In this document: one piece after another, positions 55,467-64,000 of the stretch
How the letters are laid out: each line of letters opens with the position of its first letter
Position numbering within the stretch: the first letter of the stretch is position 1
DNA from: Macrostomum lignano
Taxonomy: Eukaryota
Assembly (NCBI GenBank): GCA_002269645.1
Contig: NIVC01002286.1
Coordinates: 122,820 to 186,819, forward strand
Direction: 5' to 3'
DNA: 64,000 nucleotides
Translations under genes and position numbers: made by a program
Notes under the pieces: model-generated
Told to the model about the DNA's origin: nothing
Databases searched by the model: none
What the model saw: the letters and a program-made list of their open reading frames with translations, nothing else

Positions 55467-56642
55467 TCAAACTGGATCCTCGTCAAGAGGGAAACGGCGC
55501 GGTTTGTAGCCGGGATTTCGCCGGGCGGGCGGACAAGCGGAGGCCCCGGATGCCGCAGTAGCGGCAGAGGGATTCGGCAACGACCGACGCAGGCCTGTAG
55601 TCGAGGATGACGATGAGCCGCTGGAGTTGGAGCTCGCAGTCGATACGGCGCTGATAGAGGACCGGCGGCCTCTGAGGTGCCCGGCGGCTGCAGTCGGGAT
55701 GGCGATAACTATCCGACGCTCCGCAGCTTCCTTGCGCCGGTGTCGCTTTGCGTAGGCGGCGTTGGACAGGTCTTCGACGTCGGCCCAATCACTGCTGTCG
55801 ACCTCGCCTTTGCCGGGCGTTGGCGAGTCCAGCACTTTCCAGCTTGGCGTGCTGATCTCGCGACGGGCGGCAAGCCTCGGCAACGAAGGCTTTGCTGACG
55901 AACTCGATCCCGAAGCTATCGATGACGACTGCGATAGGGACCTGTTGCGGAGTCGCTGCTTGCCCTCGTGCGGTCGGGACCTTCGCTGCCGGCGCCGGTG
56001 GCTGCTGGGGCACCAGCTGTGCCGTTTTCGTTTCTTCTTGAGCAGCTGGCACTCCTTAGCGGCCTTGGCGTCGGCAACGACAGAGTTGGAGGCCGACAGA
56101 CCGTCAGCGCTGAATGCTGTCAAGGAGACGGCCGATTCAGCGGGTCGTTGAGCGAGAGGCACCCGGCCGCTGGATGACACCAGCTGCTGCTGTTGCTCAC
56201 ATTGCTCAGATTCTAACAGAGACTTTGCCAGCCTCTCTAAATTGTTAATCTGCCTACTGCAGTGATGATAGCTGGACCAGGCTTGCAACAGGACAGCAGA
56301 ATTGTCTGATTCTGGATCAGCTGCCTCTTCCACTTGTTGAACTGCCTGATGACTGTCTTCGCTGATATCCGGGGACATGCTGGTGACAGCTTCCACTGTC
56401 ATGGAGCCAGTTGAGGCTTCAACCATCTCGCCGTCCCAATAGTCCGAATCGGTGGAAATCGGAGGTTCAGGCGTTGCTATGGCGGTCTCCATCATGGATG
56501 CCACTTCCTTTGCAGTTGGCGATGCCAATGTTGGCTGGCTGAGGAACTGCGCCTTGACAACCAGCGCCATTCGCGTCAGCAGGCTGTCAGGCTTGGCCAG
56601 CACCAGTGCCTGTAGCTGTGGATGCCAAAATGTACTTTCCAT
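55467..56642 (-). CDS. PEHE-domain protein, KANSL1/NSL1 (or MSL1)-like, ~390 aa open frame
   Basis: REISTPSWKVLD...VEDLSNAAYAKRHRRKEAAERR...RRFPL matches the KANSL1-type PEHE pattern (EILTPSWR...EDLSDAAF...H...E..ER...RTFPL). The start codon, or an upstream acceptor, is uncertain. Confidence 0.72.
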   Translation of the reverse strand: MESTFWHPQLQALVLAKPDSLLTRMALVVKAQFLSQPTLASPTAKEVASMMETAIATPEPPISTDSDYWDGEMVEASTGSMTVEAVTSMSPDISEDSHQAVQQVEEAADPESDNSAVLLQAWSSYHHCSRQINNLERLAKSLLESEQCEQQQQLVSSSGRVPLAQRPAESAVSLTAFSADGLSASNSVVADAKAAKECQLLKKKRKRHSWCPSSHRRRQRRSRPHEGKQRLRNRSLSQSSSIASGSSSSAKPSLPRLAARREISTPSWKVLDSPTPGKGEVDSSDWADVEDLSNAAYAKRHRRKEAAERRIVIAIPTAAAGHLRGRRSSISAVSTASSNSSGSSSSSTTGLRRSLPNPSAATAASGASACPPARRNPGYKPRRFPLDEDPV

Positions 56643-57094
56643 GTTCAAATGCATATAGATTGATGATGTTTCTAAACAGATAAGCAAATTGCTTAAAAAA
56701 ATTGACTATTGTGAGTCTAAAATGAAATTCTATGTTTTTAAATATTGTAGCTCTTGGGTCATAGTTGAGGTGATTTTTCTTGAAAGCTAATAAGTAACAA
56801 CAAGCACTTTTTGGTTTTTGATTCTTTAAGATTTTTTTAAATTAAAAAGCATTTTAAAGGATACCATTATATACTTATTTTTAATTGCTTAGAATAGCTA
56901 TAATTTTTTTGCAGAATTTAAGAATAATAATTAAAAATATTTAATTGTTTAAATATTTAATTGATTGTTAATTGTTGGTTGATTTGATTTATCCTAATCC
57001 TACTAAGATAAACAATTAGAATAAATAAAAACAAGCCACCATGCAATCTGAACTTTATCATTTTACATACATTCACCCGTTGGAAAAGTTATGC

Positions 57095-58190
57095 ACCTGC
57101 AGAGGCATAAAAGGTGAGCGAGGTGCACAAAAGAGGGGCCTATTTCGTGCATGTTTTGGAAATGCACCTGAGTGCACCTTTTATGCCTAAATGTCACCAA
57201 TATTTTTGAAAAGGGGCATAAAAGGTGTAAAATCGGTGAAGTGGTCAGGCAGTAGGTGAATTCTCAATTTTGATTGGTTGCAGCGGTAGGGGCAGTAAAG
57301 GTGCGTAAGGGGCACTGTAGGTGCGCAAAAGGTGAACAGTAGGCTCACAAGTGAGGCACAGCAGGTGTAGGAAAGGTGCTGAAGGGGCGCAGAAAGTGCA
57401 CAAAAGGTGAATCAGAGGTGTATAAGGTGTACATGTGCGGCGTAAATATGTATACAGGTTTATTTCCAAAACACGCTCGAAATATACCCCTAAAGTGCCT
57501 CTTCTGTGCACCTCGCTCACCTTTTATGCCTATGCACAAATTAACGCATTAAGAATTCGAAAAAAAATTAACTGAGAGTTACATACTCATACACTGCACG
57601 CACAGATTGAACATAGAAAAGTTTTATTTACACCTTTACTAATCGCTGCTATCCCCTTCCTGATCCTGACAAACCACGAAACTAAACATTTCCTATACTG
57701 ATAAGTTTTAATAAATTTCAACTCAGGAAAAGTTCCAAAAAGTGATGAAAAGGTTTGCATTAGTGAGGAAAAATTTCGAATAGTGAGAAAAGGTAGCAAA
57801 GAACTTCGCCATTTGAAACTTTAATGCCCCTTGCATTGCCTCTACGCCTAAAGTGCCCACTGTGCACCTTTTATTCACCTTTCGTGCCTCCAGTGCACAC
57901 TGTACACTTTTTATGCACCTCTACCGCAGCGCACCTTTTTTCACCTTTCACTCCACCAATGCCCCCAATTCCTACTTTGTTCACCTTTTGTGCCTCAATG
58001 CACACTGTGCACCTTTAATGCACCTAAATCCCCTACGACACCTGTGCCCCTACCGCCTAGTTCGTGCCTTAAATTCACCTTCTGACCTTGCAGAGGCACT
58101 CAGGTGAACAAAAGGTGCACAAGTGGCACAAAATAGGCATAAGAGAGGCGAAAGTCAGGCAGAAGGTGCAAAACTCTTCACCCTTCATGC
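57095..58190. repeat. Degenerate nested inverted repeats rich in AAAAGGTG/CACCTTTT motifs; probable foldback transposon relic
   Basis: AGGCATAAAAGGTGAGCGAGGTGCACA (~57102) is inverted at ~57505-57531; the 57240-57440 block is inversely similar to 57850-58090. Confidence 0.55.
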
Positions 58191-58251
58191 CTACTTTAAA
58201 AACTCAAAATCCAACAGGTCAGTTACATATAAGTCAAGAAATTGAACTAGT

Positions 58252-59428
58252 TAGTGATGGATCGAAATTTGATTTTGATTTTGATATTCAGAATTTCAAA
58301 CCTTATTTTGCATTGAAATAATTTCGATTTTGATTTCAAATTTCAACACAATTCATCGAAAGTCATTTCAAAATTTTGTTATATCAAGCAAGGCAGTTCA
58401 TGTTAAGCTACATGCCATTGCTAAAGATTTGTAATAAAATACAATTAAATATTGTATTCTGCATGTTCTTTGTTTCAGGTAAATTTTGATTTCCATCCCT
58501 CACTTTGTTATACTGTCATTGCATACGATGCGTGTAATAATTTTCTCAATATTGATCACACACAGTAGGACTAGAGTGGATTGAAATTTGGAAAGCTAAT
58601 TATGTATATGCATGCCAAGATTGCATTGCTCACAACAGATTCTAAGGCTGCTGTTAATTCTTCTCAGTCAAAATTTGTGGACATTGCAATGTGATATTCG
58701 CTTTGAAGATTTTCAAGGATATTTGCTCATTTGTATATGAGCTTTATAAAATGTGCTAAGTCTACAATGAACTGATTCTTATGCCAACTCCCTGCCTTGA
58801 AATATGTAAATATGAAGTCACCAATATGCTAGATTTTAAGGAAATGTGCTAACTTTTAGGCAATGTGCTATAGTTAAGCTACCTCTGCAATGGGTTCATA
58901 GACGTTTATAGCTAGGGTACAGTTGTGTAAATTGGGCATTTACATCTATAAATTCAAAGTAAAACAAAGTGCAATTCAAAGACTTAGTAGGGAGGTGAGA
59001 ATCACCTTTCTCCAAGAAAATATTGTGGGCACGCTCATTGTTTCAGGGCTTGTGTGCTACATTCACCTCACCTCAACCTCTATTGGAAGCCCATTGGCTG
59101 GACTCATCTACATAGATTTTAATTGGCTAAAGACTTTTGAGACCTTAATTTAAAACTATTATGCATTACAATATTGCTAGCCGCCTTTTCCATTTCATAA
59201 CTTTCCTGTCCTATAATTAACAAATTATGTATTTTAGTTAAAATGCAAAATATGGTGTATATAATACGTAAGATTGCATATTCAATGTGTTAAATTTTTT
59301 TCATTGTTAGCTAAACTCATCAAAATTTGTTTAACTCAAACATTTTGATTTTGGTTTTGATTTTGATTTCAAAGTACTGAAAATTTTTATTTTTATTTTG
59401 ATATAAAAAATATTTCAATCTATCACTA
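58252..59428. mobile_element. Non-autonomous hAT-type element (1177 bp)
   Basis: TIRs TAGTGATGGATCGAAAT / ATTTCAATCTATCACTA; 8-bp flanks GAACTAGT / GAACTAGC (7/8 match); subterminal TTTTGA repeats at both ends. Confidence 0.75.
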
Positions 59429-59926
59429 GAACTAGCATGAAATTTAAAACAATATTTATTCTATTTTTAAAATATTTTTAAATGAAAGCTATTTTTATTA
59501 CAAATGGAAAACTTATATTTAACTTAAGGAAATACTAAAACTTTTAATTAACAATATTTTTTTAAAATAGATTAAATTGGTGATTACTTTAGAAATATGA
59601 TAGTTTAATCTTATAGTGAGATATGCTTTGGGATTGCAAAAATTAACATTTTTATGCCAAGTTGAATTTATACAAAAAATGGTAAATCCTTTTTTTGTTT
59701 TACTACATCAAATAAATCAAGGAAATGTGTCTTGATATAAATTACATAGGTGGAATGATTATATACCATAGTCAGGAAGGTGGCCTCTGAGGGAGAAAAT
59801 TCCCACATATACAAAGGGTCTCGGCGCACATTGAAGACAATTTGGAGAAACTTACTAAGAGAATAGATTGGGGAACTATACAAAGGGAATTTAGAAAGAA
59901 GTGCTATGACCTCTTTTAGCACTGTA

Positions 59927-60020
59927 ATGGAGCTCAACTGTGAACACTTGTGTACCATGATTTACTATAATTTTAAGAGTGGCTTGACATTTCACCAATG
60001 CCATAAGCAGCTGTCTGCAG
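59927..60020 (+). pseudogene. Decayed mariner transposase N-terminal fragment
   Basis: MELNCEHLCTMIYYNFKSGLTFHQCHKQL resembles the mariner N-terminal HTH (ME..REHFRAMI.Y.F..GL....C...L); nothing further is recognisable. Confidence 0.5.
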
Positions 60021-61954
60021 TGTCTGTCACCTTTCCTAACCTAAAAACTTATCTAGTGCCCCTGCCCTTGTATAACACTTTTATTACATTTACAAAATCT
60101 TTTTTTGAAATTGGCAACTGGTATATAGGGAAAATAACGTTGCCAGATTGGCCTTTGATGCCAAAAATCCAGTTGCCAATGAGATTTTCAAGGGGCCAAA
60201 AAACCCTGTATAGCCCAAAAAACCTAGATAGTAGGCCCTAACTAACTAAATATTAAGCCATTTTACTTATAACTCATGACAATAGAAAGCTATACTCGGT
60301 TTGACAAAAAACAACAAGAATTGGACTTGGAATTTGAAAGAACAAGCAAGGAAAATAATTAGATTATTTTATCAACTTTAGCTCAAAAGTAGATTTTTTA
60401 ATTATGTTTGCTTGTTTTTTCAAGGGGGGCTAGGCTATTTATGCAATATGGATATTATAAAATATCCTGACTGTCTAAATTGCATCTTATAATTGGACCT
60501 TAGATGCGATATCGCATCTTCGCGCCCACGAAAAAACCCATTCTCTACCATCCCATAATGGCATAAATTTCAAAAACGTCTAACTATGCGTCTATGCAGA
60601 GTAGAATTTGTAATTGTTCGATTTTTTTTGTGTTGCAGTTGCTTGGTATTGCTTGCACCCCCTAAAACTTTTTCTGTCTGCCGTCTTAATTCCATGGATT
60701 CCTAAACTCAATTTATTACTTATTAGTCCTTATGACATTTTGTCATTATTCAATTCCAATACTTTATCTTTTTCGTTCGGTACGCGTTTCAACGAATGAG
60801 TAATTTATCAAAATTGAATGACTGCCAAACGTTAAACAAACTTTTTGTAATTTAAACTCTTGAGCAGAGAGAACTTAATGTATATTGTTTTTTTAAGTAA
60901 AAAAAATAGAGCAATAAAGCAAAAAAGAAATATTTTTTCCTGGCGCTATGATGATTAACGAAAGCTAATAAAATTTACTGCCCTTGTTTTTACATTTTAT
61001 ATATATTATTTAAAGACAGACACTAAGTTTATTGCTAAGCGATCTGTTCTTACATTTTTTTGTATAAAATTACAGTCCCTTGCTACATGCACGTATACTG
61101 TAAATCTCTGTTCAGCAGGAGCAAAAATTTTTTACTAACTACTTTTACTAAAGGTATAGTAGCAGTGAAAGCACGCAATTAAGATCCCCCACTAAAATAG
61201 TAAAGCAACGCCACGATAGATCCAACCCTAGCACGATCACGTGTTTTTGGCTGTCTCTGGAAAAAGAAATTATATAGAATCTCATTTCTCCACGTACCAT
61301 TATATAGCATTCCATGATCTGAGCTCTGTATGGTGTGTGAAAATCGAGCATGACACCTCTTTCAGTCTCCAGCTGGCATAGCCTGCAGCATCGTCATCTT
61401 CATTAACGCTCTTCATCCCCAACGGGATCAATGGAGTCGGCGGTGAATGCCTTCAAGGCGCATTCGTGCATTGGGGATCGGACTGCTGGCTTTTTCGCGC
61501 TAAGAACAGCCTCAGGCAGCTGAGAATGTGTTTATCTCGTCGATGGGGATGGTACGTGCCCTTGAAATTTGCAGCATTGGCTCTGCAGCCCGCATTCGAA
61601 ATTCTTTCCAAAAATGGCCAACTCGCTCTCGAGAGGATGAAATTGCTCGAAAATAGCCAGTCACAATTATGCGACCCGCATCAGCTAAACGGAGGATGAA
61701 ATTTCCTGCTCCTTGATTGCATATGCGTTCCCCAGTAGGCTTCAATTCCTGATGAAGAAATTTGTTTACGAATAGCACGTTAAACAGCTTTTTTCTTAGT
61801 AAATGAGTATAAGGACTCTAACTTGCAAGTTACTGGTACATTGAATTAAATGGGCCCTAGAACATCAATAAACAGCCCTCTTTTATAATCATCATCAATA
61901 AGTTTTATTACCCAACCAATACATACCTTTCTTTCATTGTCGATAGACATGTAG

Positions 61955-63101
61955 GCTGGATTAGTAATCCATTCTATTCCTTCATCCATGATGTTGGCTA
62001 GATTAGCAATCCATTCTATTCCTTCATGCGTGATGTTGAATAGATTAGCAATCCATTCTATTCCTTCATCCGTGATGTTGAATAGATTAGCAATCCATTC
62101 TATTCCTTTATGCGTGATGTTGAATAGATTAGCAATCCATTCTATTCCTTCATCCGTGATGTTGAATAGATTAGCAATCCATTCTATTCCTTCATCCATG
62201 ATGTTGGCTAGATTAGCAATCCATTCTATTCCTTCATCCATGATGATGGCTAGATTAGCAATCCATTCTATTCCTTCATCCATGATGTTGAATAGATTAG
62301 CAATCCATTCTATTCCTTTATCCGTGATGTTGGCTAGATTAGCAATCCATTCTATTCCTTCATCCGTGATGTTAAATAGATTAGCAATCCATTCTATTCC
62401 TTTATGCGTGATGTTGAATAGATTAGCAATCCATTCTATTCCTTCATCCGTGATGTTGAATAGATTAGCAATCCATTCTATTCCTTCATCCATGATGTTG
62501 GCTAGATTAGCAATCCATTCTATTCCTTCATCCATGATGTTGGCTGGATTAGCAATCCATTCTATTCCTTCATCCATGATGTTGAATAGATTAGCAATCC
62601 ATTCTATTCCTTTATCCGTGATGTTGGCTAGATTAGCAATCCATTCTATTCCTTTATCCGTGATGTTGGCTAGATTAGCAATCCATTCTATTCCTTCATC
62701 CATGATGTTGGCTGGATTAGCAATCCATTCTATTCCTTCATCCGTGATGTTGAATAGATTAGCAATCCATTCTATTCCTTCATCCATGATGTTGGCTAGA
62801 TTAGCAATCCATTCTATTCCTTCATCCATGATGTTGGCTAGATTAGCAATCCATTCTATTCCTTCATCCATGATGTTGAATAGATTAGCAATCCATTCTA
62901 TTCCTTTATCCGTGATGTTGGCTAGATTAGCAATCCATTCTATTCCTTTATCCGTGATGTTGGCTAGATTAGCAATCCATTCTATTCCTTCATCCATGAT
63001 GTTGGCTGGATTAGCAATCCATTCTATTCCTTCATCCATGATGTTGGCTAGATTAGCAATCCATTCTATTCCTTCATCCATGATGTTGGCTAGATTAGCA
63101 A
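61955..63101. repeat. 42-bp minisatellite, ~27 copies
   Basis: 14-aa periodicity (EGIEWIANLANIMD) on both strands. Confidence 0.95.
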
Positions 63102-63817
63102 GCCATTGCAAGAAGTGCGCCATCCCCTCCACTCAGTCGCATATAATTTATGCCCAATGCACGGGAATAAAAAATCATGCACAAGTTGGAATTATAAAAA
63201 CCCAGGTGTGAATAATTGAGCAGTGCAGCCACTCTCTGGCACTCGCGCAGCTTGACTTATAGCAAGGCCGTGGCATAGGGCTGCATGGCAACTAATGTAT
63301 TCACACTTCAGTCGCTGAGCTGGATTATTCCCTTCGCTCATCCTCCTCAGAATCTCGGCTCAGAAGCCAAACACGCGAGACGGGAACTTCTTTTCTGCTG
63401 TTCCCGAAAAAAACTTCTCCATCATGAAACCAGAGACAACGCAAAAAGTTCCCACGCCGCTAAGGCCCAGGCTGCCTGGGCTGCGGATCCCCTCAGAACC
63501 AAAGCGGATTGCCCGAGGCCTGCAGAAATAAAAGTAGAATTGAAAAAAAAACTCAATAGGAAATTTTGCACTATTATTGAATTTTCTTGTTTGAACCTCT
63601 TTTGAAGAGTCTTTGACCATCGCCTTTAATTAAGAACCCGGCTCGGTGCGCACCCCCCCCTGCAGGCTCGCTTTTGTCTGATCAAAAGAATCTTTTCTTT
63701 TCTGATAAAAACATTGCGGGTTCTGCTTTGTTGCCGTCGTCCAACACTGATGAACTATTGAGAATTTTGCTTTGAATTATGTTCTGAATGCCCAATATAA
63801 TTCCTGATTAATTTTAG

Positions 63818-64000
63818 GATCCTTCCCGCCCCACCTGTCACCCGAAAGCAGAACCCTTCCCGCCCATCTGTTACCGGAAGCAGATCCTTCCCGCCCCACT
63901 TGTCACCGGAAGCAGATCCTTCCCGCCCCACCTGTCACCGGAAGCAGATCCTTCCCGCCCCACTTGTCACCGGAAGCAGATCCTTCCCGCCCCACTTGTC
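63818..64000. repeat. 32-bp tandem repeat (GATCCTTCCCGCCCCACCTGTCACCGGAAGCA), truncated by window end
   Basis: Direct reading. Confidence 0.9.

Noticed and set aside
60502-60519. Perfect 18-bp palindrome AGATGCGATATCGCATCT
   Set aside because: Isolated, with no associated element ends or gene; not interpretable.
61300-61700. GC-richer patch as a possible exon of the PEHE gene
   Set aside because: Only short frames with stops; no supportable splice model.
61846-63211. 428-aa and 407-aa ORFs on opposite strands (14-aa repeats)
   Set aside because: A 42-bp minisatellite open on both strands; no evidence of coding constraint.

Overview
Eukaryotic (animal) genomic DNA with GC-rich spliceosomal genes, nearly all of whose larger introns carry their own minisatellite. 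This organisation suggests a repeat-rich invertebrate such as the flatworm Macrostomum, but the species is an inference. Host genes: an Lbc/ARHGEF18-like DH-PH RhoGEF (+, 1838-17501), PRADC1-like (+), ABHD18-like (-), a small coiled-coil gene (-), a Pro/Ser/Ala-rich putative actin regulator (-) and a PEHE-domain KANSL1-like ORF (-). The main discovery is a nested mobile-element system. A 13.8-kb element (19837-33682) has ~297-bp near-perfect terminal inverted repeats and a 6-bp target-site duplication (GACTCC). Its only recognisable gene is a six-exon, spliceosomal-intron-containing protein-primed DNA polymerase B (~1297 aa when reconstructed, all catalytic motifs present); no integrase, capsid or ATPase is visible, so it looks like a minimal 'pPolB-only' Polinton-like element. 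Exon 1 of this gene is split by a full-length, intact Ingi-like LINE (23047-27495, 12-bp TSD). The LINE begins precisely with an HDV-like ribozyme fold, encodes a 2A StopGo motif followed by PHD-PHD-APE-RT-RNaseH, and sits in frame with the pPolB start codon. Several MITE/hAT/mariner relics and about 20 tandem arrays are also present. All splice models, folds and domain calls were made by eye and need computational or experimental confirmation.
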